Source: Yuukianura sp. NJ FZ-2021
Taxonomy: Eukaryota
Assembly (NCBI GenBank): GCA_046563655.1
Contig: CM102289.1
Span: 434,001 to 498,000, forward strand
Reading direction: 5' to 3'
DNA: 64,000 bases
The notes beneath the pieces were generated by a model, which saw only the letters and a list, made by a program, of their open reading frames with translations, did no database searches and was not told the origin of the DNA. This document shows, piece by piece, positions 31,527 through 42,336 of the stretch. Positions within the stretch are counted from its first letter, which is position 1. Each line of letters begins with the position of its first letter. Position numbers and translations under genes: made by a program.

Positions 31527-34500
31527 GAAATGTCTTTATGTCCAAATGCTAATGTGTTAATTCTATCAATACCATATCGTTTAGTATCTAAACCGTTTAG
31601 CGCCCTTTTTAACGTTACTTCTGTGAAAATTCTATGCTCTACACTTCTAAACCCTCTCATACATACACGAGTTTGAACATCTTCCTTGAGGACTTTCTCG
31701 AAATCTTCATAAGCTATTTGGTTGTTGACAGCTATTTTAGTTATCCCTTTGACTTTCTTCGTGTATTCGTCTTTGATGAACCAGCTACCATCAGTCTTCT
31801 TTTGGTAAATATTTTTTCCATCAAATCCTTTGTAAACTTGCAGCTTTAAGGATCTAATGGTGTACATTTTTGGACGTGGACAAACGACATGAGTGACTAC
31901 CGAACCGGCAGCCTCATCTTTGAATTTTCCCAAAACTTTTTTGTTTGTGGGATCGTGAAACTCTCCGAAAATGGGGTGATCGGATTCATATTCGCTCATG
32001 TCATACAAGTCCTTGTCTTGGAGCATGTCTTGATAAACGTCATCAGTTTGGATGTGATAGATGAAGGAATCTGAAATAAAACGTTAGCTTTAGTTTAAAG
32101 TTAAATTGTGGAATAGTACAACATTTACCTGTGTCAGTATAAATAAGGCGACACTTGTCGACGCCGTATTTCGCCTGTATAGTGTAGTGATGGCGATACA
32201 TGATGCTCTTTGCCAGTTCAAGCACTGTTACCCCCGTAAATATCGGTTTGTTCAAAGTAACTTGAAGTCTCTTCATCATAAAGATGCATGTTGACTCGTT
32301 AATTGGGATGACATTCTGTACGGTGGGTTTCTTGTTGTAACGTAGAGCTTCTTCCATTGATGTAACGATACGAACATTCTGACGCTTGCGTACTTGCTCA
32401 ATGGTTTTACCAAACGCAGAGTTGTTGAGGAGTTTCCAATAATCCTTTTCAAAGTCTGACTTTGCCTTTTTTCTCATTTCGGTGTTAAAGTCGATAAAAT
32501 CCTTCATCCATGCTCTCTGAGTGAAGGAAATTCCACGGTGAAGTTTTGTAACTTTAACTCCAAGCTTCAAGTACTCCATCAAAATGGCGTGATGTAGAAT
32601 ATAGTTTTTCTTATTATTCAGATCAGCCACAAGTTTCTTAACTTTGAAGATTCCAGGACCTGTGTCGAGTTTTTCCGTCAATTGTAACTGGTGACTGGAC
32701 AGCTCGCTCTGTGCAACTGTACGGTTAACTGGAGCCGGAGGAAAATCGTTTAACTTGTCATGTAATAAAGGATCAATTTCCAAATCCACTTCAAGCATAT
32801 ATCCTTTTTCATCGTCCATGATAAAATGGTTTTCTTGAAGTTTCATCAACTCATTTTCTGTTAGCCAGCGAAATTGTCCAGTTGGAAGCGGAAGACTCAT
32901 GCTTTTACCCTAGTGAAAAAAATTAAATTTTACATAATAATTTTTCACAGACGTTGCTGAATACTTACATATAAGTTGTTGGCATCGATGTAGATGAGGT
33001 AACTAGATTCCTTTTCTGGATCGTATTCATCTCCCATGTACTTGTTGTTTGCTCTAGCCTCTCGCATTGATCCAACGCTAACGTATCCACCTATAAATAA
33101 AATGAATAAGAGAATATCCAACATTTGTCTTCTAGGTCTTACCTCTAATAGCATGCTCCAGCCAACAATGCATAGTTGGATCTGTAATTAGCTCTAATTC
33201 CACTCCTGATTTCTTGAGAACACAATCCATTGCCATCATAGGTAACGAGAAATAATGGGTCAGGTCCAATTCGTAAGCATGAAGCATTATTTTTCGGATT
33301 CCCTCCATCACATCAGCCAGAAGCGATACATCCAGCCTGACGTATAAGTCATGCCAATCTCCCATATTTTGGATGTTGAAGCTCTTCCACACTCTTTGAG
33401 CGTGTTCATAACTGCCATCATCAATGTGAGACTCTGTCAAGTCATTGTAGAAATCTTCCTTTGGTGGTAGAGTTGTGATTTCGAAATCCTTGCAAGACTT
33501 CATGAGAGAATAAGGGTAAACACCCTTTTCGAAGAGAAGTTCAATGTCATCGTGTCGTGCAAACTCTTGTCGTGTGATTGGAAATCTGGCATTGGGATCA
33601 GCTCGCATCACTTTCACTAATTTGTCTAAGGATTTCAGTGTAAATCCAAGACTGTCTGTAAACCTCAGCTTGAAGGGCTTTTTCTCCAAGGTCCATCATC
33701 CTCATCGAAATCATCGTGGTACGCGGGAACGATACTCATGGACATGTATTTCTCACTGCTTTTTGGGATTACAGTGATATCCTTGATGATTCCATCCTGT
33801 CTGAGTTTTCCAGCGGATTGCACAATGAAGTGAACGTCATAGGATGAAAAGTTGTGCATAAAGACGGGAAACTCCTTCTTGATTCGCGCTTGGAGGTTAC
33901 AGTCTTGATGAGCCATTCCGATGTAGTTGAACGGTGGAAGATGTGAATGGTGTCGCACTTTAGTTCCATCCAATTGCTTCTTGCAGAAACAACAATTTTT
34001 TTCCATGGCAGCAGCACCTCTTTGCGTAGGAGTCAGATTTAGCATGTCTGGTGCAATTTTTTCATAGTACCGAACTTCCTCTTCCAGTGTTTTGGAGTAT
34101 TCAGTAATGCTCTGAATAAATTTGGCAGCAACGTCTTCCTCATCGTTAGTGATATGATAATATTCACCATGTCTTCTCTTTCCGTTGAAGTCGACACAAA
34201 CCCAAGCATATCCACATGGCTTGTGTAGGTGAGTGCAACACTTGTTTACAGGTTGAACTGGTCTTCCACGTATCTCTTCTTTGAGTTGTCGGCGCTCCTC
34301 CTCTTCTAAAGTTGAGGGATTAAACTTTGGGAGGAAAGCTTCAAAGTCTGCATAGAATCGAAAAGGAACTGGTTGAGTTCTTTCCCACTTGTTGAAAGTC
34401 AATTTGTTGTCAGTAGGATACACAACTTTTTGAAGATCCAACGATGCGCAATATTTGATGTGTTCTTGCAGGGTTTGAATTGTTCGAAAATTGGAGAGAC

Positions 34501-35761
34501 AGTTGCGGCAAATATGTTTGACTCTGTGATCATTTGGGGCTCTCATTAAGGCTTCAAGGTTTCGAATTAGAATGAAGTGTGCGTTGTTTCCTTGCATTAG
34601 ACACATCAAGTCCACATGTATTTCCTTAGACTGTTGTGAGTTGTACAGTATTGAAATCTTGCTTTGTATAAAATTGAATGATTCAATTTTGCTCAACTTC
34701 TGAAAAATCATGTCATCACCATCCATGTCGTAACCGAGAACAGTTATAGAAATCCCAGGGTTCAGTTCTTCAAAGTGAGGAATCTGCTCTAAAGTCATCG
34801 GGAAATGGAGTCCTTTAGTGTTCAACTTGTATTCATTTGGCTGGTATGTCTTCACAAGCTTGTTAATACGAGCTCTATTTTTAGTTTCTCTAATTCCTGC
34901 CATTCTGTCATGAGCAAGTACTGACCACACGAAGCACTTGTTGTGGGAATTGTCAACCGACACTTTGCTGTTGTCAACGTTTAGTATCACACGATGGTTT
35001 GAAAGTGGATATGGAGTTGGAATGTAGGTCCCAATTTTGGTGAATTGATACTTTGTGGTGACAAATCCAAATTTCTGAATGGAATCCAGAGTCCAGCCAC
35101 TTCCTTCATTTGTGAAATCTTCAATTTGATCTGACATTTGACTACACATTACTGACCAAACTTTAGGTAGCATGTTTGCATTGAAGACAAGGTGCCGAAA
35201 TGATGTGAATCCAACATCTTTTGATTCAACAGTTCCATCTGCATGTGTTTTGGTGAAGTGACACCCCAAGGTGAAGAATATCCTTAAGTTCTTCCATCTG
35301 GAGATGTCCTCTCGTATGACTTCATAGGATGATTGCTTAACATTTGCGAAAAAGTCTCTCTCATCGACACCTTCACCACATTGAAATGCATCATGGTCTG
35401 CTAAATACTTCCGACTCATTTTCAGAGATTCCAACACTAGTTTCACAGTTATTGGATCTGTTGACACTCCTCCGCCATCTTGAATATTGAAGTCCGGATG
35501 AGTAGTGTAGAAATGCTCTTGGAGCTTATTCCGACAATCAAATGGAAGTCCACATTGCCAGCAGAACAAATGGCGATATTCTTGTAGAATACTCTCGTTC
35601 GTGACATCGTAACCTGGTGGCGCTGGTTCAAGGCAGTTCTTATGGACACTGTCAAAATGTAGTTTTAATAATGGTCGAGAGGTAAATCCATGACCGCACA
35701 GTATGCAGTTAAAGAGTTTCCTGGATGGCCCAACAATTGGTGCTCCTTGGCGCTTCGACAT
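31520..35761 (-). CDS. Maverick protein-primed family B DNA polymerase (~1357 aa after splicing), three introns, one frameshift at ~33679-33683
   Basis: Two N-terminal C2H2 fingers, EGSGW, YADFEA, EndoVII-like CxxC...HHSH...AHQDCN, HNFSSYD, KGVYPY, IRGG, DANNLYG, KLLNNSAFGK, YTDTDS, KFKDE, PKMY, KVKG; introns 33091-33142, 32910-32968, 32071-32128. Confidence 0.95.
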
Positions 35762-36003
35762 TGTTTAGGACAATAAGAGTCTTAGGACAATAGCAACAAG
35801 AGAACTGAACAGAGAGACTGAAAGTCTCCGTAAAAGGTGTGGTATTATATAGACTCTCGACACCTGCCGACCCCCTAAACCTACCCCCTAAAAACGCAAA
35901 TTTTTCTTCCTTTCTGTGGCTCCTCCTCCTCCTCATGGGTTCCTCCTCCTCCTCCTCATATTGTCAACGGACAAAGGTATTTAATTAGTACCTAACCTTA
36001 GAA

Positions 36004-36119
36004 ACAGGAAGTCTTAATTAGCTTTAATTAACAGCTGATTGGGGCTAGAACTCATGCTGTGAAAAAGCTTATGGGTCCAAAGGTCATTTTGAGTCGAATG
36101 TCCGTCCTATCTCCCTACT
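36004..36119 (-). repeat. Right TIR of the Maverick
   Basis: Exact reverse complement of 23549-23664. Confidence 0.95.
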
Positions 36120-37978
36120 GCTACTGTAGTCTTGCGTCTTTCTGAGTTGACGATCTCTTCTTCTGCCTCTGCGCAGATCCTCGGCCAATTTCCTTCTTCG
36201 TCCTTCAGCCAGGAGGGACCTTCCCACCATTTGGATTCCAGTAACTCTCGGGGTGAACATCCCCGTGAAGGAAGATCTGCGGGATTGACACTGCCAGGGA
36301 CATGCTTCCAAGAATCCACGTTGGTCAACTTCCCAATCTCCTTCACCCGATTTCCAACAAAAGTTCCCCAATTCTCCTGACGCTGGATCCAACTTAAAGC
36401 AGTGGTGGAGTCCGTCCAAAAATGAACTGAGTCGATGTTCACTGTCATAGCCGCCTTGACACTAGTGAACAATCTTGCTCCAATGAGACATCCCATCAAC
36501 TCTAATCTTGGGATTGTCACTTTCTTCTTGTTTTCCCTGCTGATTGGGGCGACTCGTGACTTTGCTGCCAACAGCTGAACTGAAACTCCCAAGTCACTCT
36601 CCACCCTCACGAATACGACACCAGCGTAGGCGACTTGACTGGCGTCCGTGAACACATGAAGTTGAACTGATTTCACATTTACTCCAGCAAATGCATGACG
36701 TGGGATCTTGATTTTCTCTAGAAATTCCATTTCTGTACACCAATTACGAAATGGCTCCTTCTGATCTTCATCCCACTCGACATCCCATCCAAGGTCACTT
36801 GCCCATGCCTGCTGCAGCATCGTCTTCGGTTGAATTAAGGCTGGTGCGGTGAAACCGATTGGATCAAAAACTTGGGACACGACAGACAAAACTTCTCTCT
36901 TCGTCACCTTCTTCACGTCTGGCTCCTTGGGTACTTCACAAAAAAGAAGATCTTGACGCTTGTCCCATCTGAGTCCCAGAACATTGGTGACGAATTTGTC
37001 AAAGTCAAATTCGGTTGACTTCTCCCACTGTCGGAGGTCCATCTTCGCTTCTAACAAAATGTCAATAGCCTCCCGTTTGAACTTTTCGTGTTCTTCTTCC
37101 GTGTCGAATGAGATGACGCAGTTGTCGACGTACAGCGACCGGAGTAGAAGCGTAGCGGTGTCTTGGAATTTCTCTTGTACATTCTTCAGATGTAGTTCCA
37201 AGACTGCTGCCAACACGAACGGACTTGACGTCATCCCAAAAACGACACGACAGTGTTCAAAAGCATGAAGGGAGTCTTCTTTCTCTGTATCCCACCATAG
37301 GAACTTCTGATAACTTCTGTCCTCTTCAGCAACACTGATCATCTGAAAAGCTTTGCGGATGTCTGAGATTGCCCCAATTTTCTTTTCTCTAAAACGTAAC
37401 AAAACAGAAGGAATTAGTTCCAGCATGTTAGGACCTTTCTCCAGACACTGATTTAAAGATGGGAATTTTCCAGTACGACAGGAGGCATCAAAAACAGGAC
37501 GAACTGGTGTCGTTGTGCTCTCCATCTTGAACACTGGTCGATGAGGCAGGAAGTGAGATGAACATTTTTCGAGTTGCGTCTTCCTGATGAATCCTTCCTC
37601 TTCCCACCCTCGAAAAATTTCACTGTAGAGATCCAACTTCTGATTCTTCTTTAACTTTTCAGTGGCAAAATTCAGCCGTTTTTCGCAGACTGCCAAGTTG
37701 GTAGGGAGTTGTGACTTGACCTCTTCATTAACCCATGGTAGGTTAACCACGTATCTCCCGTCTTCGTCTCGTTTCACCTTCTTCAGGAATTCCGCTTTGA
37801 CTTGGGCTTGTCTCTCTGCTTCGGTCATCTTTTCTGCCGAATCGTGTACCCCTAGTAGTTCCAGATCCCAAAGTTGTGAAACGTCGCCGGAGAGATAACT
37901 CTGAATGACCATTTCGGATGCGGCGACTTCAGCTCTCTTCACAGGTCCACACAGCATCCAACCGAAAACTGATTCAAC
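36120..37978 (-). CDS. BEL/Pao pol: reverse transcriptase and RNase H
   Basis: FLPHRPV, RPVFDAS, SDIRKAF, FGMTSSP, LYVDN, VLGLRW, HVFTDAS, TIPRLEL, WTDS, NPADLPSRG. Confidence 0.95.
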
Positions 37979-39813
37979 AACGCGAAAACTCCGTCACTCA
38001 AGTCCACTCGTTTTCCCGTCATCAGTTGTTCACGATAGTCACTTCCCACCAACAGGTCAATGTCATGTCTCTCCATTCCACTGCCACTGTGATCCAAAAT
38101 CGTGATGTTCTGCTTCCTCAGTTCACCAATCCTATTCCCAACGTTGGCACTGGGAAGAACACCTCCAATTCTTGGACGTTCTCGTAGGACTAGTGACTTC
38201 GTGTGTCCTCCGTCCAAACTTCTGACAATCAACTTGTGTTTGAAGAAACGGTCACAATTTGAGATTGTTCCATCAATCATCACGTTCCGGACCCGCTCTT
38301 CCCCAATTGGTTGACTTTGAATTCCGGAAGTCACATGAGACGTCACGTAACTGCTCTGACTTCCCTCGTCAAACAGTAGCCTGGCCACCATACTCGTCCC
38401 GTTCCTACCAAAGACACGAACAAAAACAGTTTTTAGTAACACCTCTCCACCACATTTAATTTCACTTAGAGATGCAGTGGCTTCTGATGCTCCCTGTGTC
38501 GTCAGCTGTTTTTGTTTACTTTCTGTCTTCTTATCATTTGAACGATCTGGGCACATGACATCATAGTGCTTCTTCTGACAGACGGTACAACGGATAGAGG
38601 ACTTGCAAAATTTGGCACTGTGGCCCTTCCGAAAACAAACGAAGCATCCCCTGGCGTCTGAAATCTTCTTTCGTTTCTCCTCCAGTGTCATCTTCACTGC
38701 TCTAAAGCAGTCTTGCGAGGAGTGATTCGATTTGTCACAAAATAGGCATTTTTCTTTTTGTTCAAGAAGCCCATACGCAGTAGGAACATCTTCCTGGCTT
38801 CTATCGTGTTGTTTCGGCTTGTTGACCACTTTCCGTTGAGATGTTGCTGCTTCTGGTTTGACCAATTGACGTTGTTCTGCATTTTCAACTTCAATCTTGA
38901 GGAACTCCATGATGTAGAACAAGTCACTTCGCTGTGGGTCTTCTTTACTTCCATCTCTGCCATAATTCGGATGCCTCTGCCAAACAACCAATAATTCTTC
39001 CGGAAGTGCTGACTCAACCATGGGATACAAAAATTCCGTTGCCACTTCTGAAGTCACTCCGAGTGACTCCAATGCTCTAGTGTGACTATCCAGGCTGTAG
39101 TACAATGTTGACACTCCATCCACTCTTCTGGTTGGTGAGTTGATCAACTTCAGCATTTCCCTGACGTACATCTGCTTGAGAAGTTTCTTTTTCCCGTATC
39201 GTGACGTCAGTGCTTCAATTACCTTTGGGTAATTCTCTTCTGACTGTGGATATGCATCAACGATTTCCCGTGCTCGAGATCCTTCCACAGTCGCTTGGTA
39301 CAAATACTGGAACTTGTCGGTGGCATGCAGCGTTTGATCTTCGTGGATCTTCTGGAACTGTGCCCACCAACCAAGCCATTCCTTCAGTTCTCCATTGAAC
39401 TTCTTCAGTTCCGTCTTCGGCAGTTTAAACTTGCGGCTCTGCGCACTGCCTGAGGCGGAAGTGTACACACTGTTCTCTGGAGTGATACTCTTGTGATCAA
39501 TTGACTCTTGTTTCTCCAGGAATTCCTCAATCTTCAACTTTGTCATAGTGAGTTTCTGGAGATACTCTTCATTGGATTCAGCTTCAGTGTTAAACTCTTC
39601 ATCAGTTGTCGATTCGTTGTCTAGTAAGGCATCAAGGATGATTCGGTCCAAACGACAGACTTCGTCATGAAGATGTTCGATTCTTAGCAGTTTAGCCTTG
39701 AGGAGATTAACATTTACTTCGGACGTCTCCTTCTGCAGTTCTGCCTCAACATCCTTCACCGTCTTCGTTGCCGTCATCCTGACTACTCTTCGTTCTTGTT
39801 TGGATCGATCCAT
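37939..39813 (-). CDS. BEL/Pao gag and aspartic protease (frame break to pol at ~37978-37985)
   Basis: KLPKTELKKFNG...DKFQYL gag core, Cys/His knuckles (CLFC...H...C, CFVC...H...C, CTVC...H...C), LLFDEGSQ protease motif. Confidence 0.92.
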   Translation of the reverse strand: MDRSKQERRVVRMTATKTVKDVEAELQKETSEVNVNLLKAKLLRIEHLHDEVCRLDRIILDALLDNESTTDEEFNTEAESNEEYLQKLTMTKLKIEEFLEKQESIDHKSITPENSVYTSASGSAQSRKFKLPKTELKKFNGELKEWLGWWAQFQKIHEDQTLHATDKFQYLYQATVEGSRAREIVDAYPQSEENYPKVIEALTSRYGKKKLLKQMYVREMLKLINSPTRRVDGVSTLYYSLDSHTRALESLGVTSEVATEFLYPMVESALPEELLVVWQRHPNYGRDGSKEDPQRSDLFYIMEFLKIEVENAEQRQLVKPEAATSQRKVVNKPKQHDRSQEDVPTAYGLLEQKEKCLFCDKSNHSSQDCFRAVKMTLEEKRKKISDARGCFVCFRKGHSAKFCKSSIRCTVCQKKHYDVMCPDRSNDKKTESKQKQLTTQGASEATASLSEIKCGGEVLLKTVFVRVFGRNGTSMVARLLFDEGSQSSYVTSHVTSGIQSQPIGEERVRNVMIDGTISNCDRFFKHKLIVRSLDGGHTKSLVLRERPRIGGVLPSANVGNRIGELRKQNITILDHSGSGMERHDIDLLVGSDYREQLMTGKRVDLSDGVFALLNQFSVGCCVDL

Positions 39814-40051
39814 AACTGTGAATTGGTAATTCAACAAAACAAATCCCAATTAGTAAATTCTACAGCTGATATTGATACGGAACGGTATCACCTCAACTAC
39901 CCCTGAATGCTCAGGGTAGGGCCCACAAAGTGGCAGGTTGTTTGTATCAATCGATGATTGGAAGTCCCACTCGGCCCGGATGATCCGTTCTTCTGTTCAG
40001 GATATCGTCTCTCGGTATCCAACGTTGATCTTCAGTGCACAGTTTACACCA

Positions 40052-40060
40052 GGGTCACCA
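40052..40060 (-). promoter_or_regulatory. Primer binding site (tRNA-Trp-like)
   Basis: TGGTGACCC 5 nt downstream of the 5' LTR end on the minus strand. Confidence 0.7.
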
Positions 40061-40065
40061 TAAAA

Positions 40066-40139
40066 TGTAAGGATGTTCAACTGCTACCCGCTAGAATGAC
40101 TGAATCCTTCGTTGTTCGTAGACTGTGTTTACTGAATGA
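40066..40139 (-). repeat. Truncated 5' LTR (74 bp) of the BEL/Pao element
   Basis: Identical to 21514-21587; the match stops abruptly at 40139. Confidence 0.9.
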
Positions 40140-40890
40140 ACCTTACAAAGCATATGAGAAGGGAAGTGTTTCATGGTCTACAATAGATAATAAATAATAA
40201 ATAATAATAGACAATAAATAATAATTTACAGAATACTAATTCTGATCAGTACTGGCAAGGTGATTTCTATTGGACATGCATTCTAAGCGTAGGTTTTCTA
40301 AGCGTACGTTTCTAAACCTTACAAAGCATATGAGAAAGGAAGTGTTTCATGGTCTACAATAGATAATAAATAATAAATAATAATAGACAATAATTATAAT
40401 AATTTACAGAATACTGGAATTCTGATCAGTACTGGCAAGGTGATTTCTATTGGACATGCATTCTAAGCGTAGGTTTTCTAAGCGTACGTTTCTAAACCTT
40501 ACAAAGCATATGAGAAAATTAGGAAGTGTTTCATGGTCTACAATAGATAATAAATAATAAATAATAATAGACAATAAACTAATAATTTACAGAATACTAA
40601 TTCTGATCAGTACTGGCAAGGTGATTTCTATTGGACATGCATTCTAAGCGTAGGTTTTCTAAGCGTACGTTTCTAAACCTTACAAAGCATATGAGAAAGG
40701 AAGTGTTTCATGGTCTACAATAGATAATAAATAATAAATAATAATAGACAATAAATAATAATTTACAGAATACTAATTCTGATCAGTACTGGCAAGGTGA
40801 TTTCTATTGGACATGCATTCTAAGCGTAGGTTTTCTAAGCGTACGTTTCTAAGCGTACGTTTCTAAGCGTACGTTTCTAAGCGTACGTTC
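40140..40890. repeat. Tandem array of four ~180-bp units followed by 14-bp TTTCTAAGCGTACG repeats
   Basis: Units start at ~40140, 40317, 40497 and 40678 (ACCTTACAAAGCATATGAGAA...). Confidence 0.9.
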
Positions 40891-41094
40891 CGTTAACGTA
40901 CGCTTAAGACTTTTCGCGCGTTAAAATTTTTCTGCAATTGAAATTACTGCAATTAAAAAAAGTTTTCGCGCATTAAAGTAATACGCGAAAACGTTAGTTT
41001 TTAATTGGCGGAACATGTTTTAACGCGCGAAACTTAAAAATAATTTTGCCACCAAACTCCCTCCATATTGCAGAGCCAGACATCTTCCAGGATG

Positions 41095-41420
41095 ACTGGA
41101 GCTGACAACAATCTCAGCCATACGAGCGCCAAGGACTTACTTTTCCAATTTGCGTTATCACTTTTTCAACTTGTGTTATTACCTTTGCGTTTCATTTTTG
41201 ACTTTGTATCATTACTCTTTCAACCAGTGGTATTACTTTTTAAATTTGTGTTTTTTAGTATTACTAGTTTGTCGTACAATCTGCAGAAGATGTTTTTGAA
41301 GAAACTGAAAACGAGAAAAGCATCTAAGTAAGTCAATCCTGACTGTCATGACACGTTCGAACAATTGTAGTTGAAATTGTTAATACAACTAATCGTAATT
41401 GTAAAAGTTGTAAAGTAAAT
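41095..41420 (+). pseudogene. 3' remnant and downstream flank of IR-like copy 3
   Basis: GACAACAATCTCAGC, TTTTTAAATTTGTG and AAAACGAGAAAAGCATCTA...CATGACACGTT resemble ~13675-14010 of copy 1. Confidence 0.55.
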
Positions 41421-42336
41421 AGAAATATAGACAACTGTAATGCTGAAACAATTGCCAACAGTTTATTTTGCAATTTCAAAATTACAGTTTTCATCTCCAT
41501 GTACTTAGTTCACTTACACTGTCACAAATATAGTATTAAAAAACAATTTAAATACCTTATACTTTAATAGTCGTCATACTTTAATCATTACTGTATTCTT
41601 TAAATACCTCAACCTGCCAATGGCAGCTGCCTAAGCTGTAAAAAAAATCCTTAAATTTTCAATAGAAGAATAAATAAATTTGTTAACATAAAAAAAAACA
41701 TTTAAATGCCTTCCTTTGTATAGTAGAAGTAGAGGATTGCTTGCAGAAAGTATTTATTTTTTAAGCAATTTAATATTTACAACTTTCGTGACATTTCGTG
41801 TAGAATATTAACTTTCAGAAATAAAAGTTAAGGATTATGAGCATAGCGTGCAACTGTATAACATGCCCTTGCTCCGAATGAATTCCTTCAAAGGGAATTC
41901 CTCCGCCCAATACGAACTAAACTTATTCATTTTTACTCAAAGGTCGGGAGTCGGGTTTGCTGTTGAAGCTAGAAGATATGTTGTTTTAGTTACGGCATAA
42001 CAGCAATAGTTACTCAGCGGAAATATAGTCATGACAACCTTCTTTGCTCTTCGATGTATTCACTAATGTACACATAAAGGAGATTAAGGTAGCGTAAAGG
42101 GGCTTTATACTTACAAAATCCTGGCGTAAATTTCTGCGGGAAATTTAGTTTTTGACATGTTTTTATTGAAACCGATTTTTTATTTGAATATGAAGAATAA
42201 TTTGTTTGAGATTGCAGATAGAATTTAGTATGATAGAGTGCTCAAATTGAGTGTTAAGTAATGAGGTAACAAATATTAGAATAAAATTGAGAATTTGTCA
42301 TGTAATTGATATAAATTTCCGGCACAAGTTCCTATT

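Larger units (their letters stand above)
23549..36119. mobile_element. Complete Maverick/Polinton (adintovirus-like endogenous virus), 12,571 bp
   Basis: Perfect 116-bp TIRs, AGTAG...CTACT ends, TSD GCTAC (23544-23548, 36120-36124), and all core genes. Confidence 0.97.
21514..40139 (-). mobile_element. BEL/Pao LTR retrotransposon, interrupted by a Maverick, 5' LTR truncated
   Basis: gag-protease-RT-RNaseH-integrase order, LTR match 21514-21587 = 40066-40139, PBS and PPT present. Confidence 0.95.

Noticed and set aside
33665..33690. Programmed -1 frameshift in pPolB
   Set aside because: No canonical X XXY YYZ slippery heptamer; matches the homopolymer-deletion pattern seen in host genes
40140..40890. 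Possible CRISPR array or LTR multimer
   Set aside because: Units are near-identical along their whole length with no unique spacers and do not match the LTR beyond 7 bp
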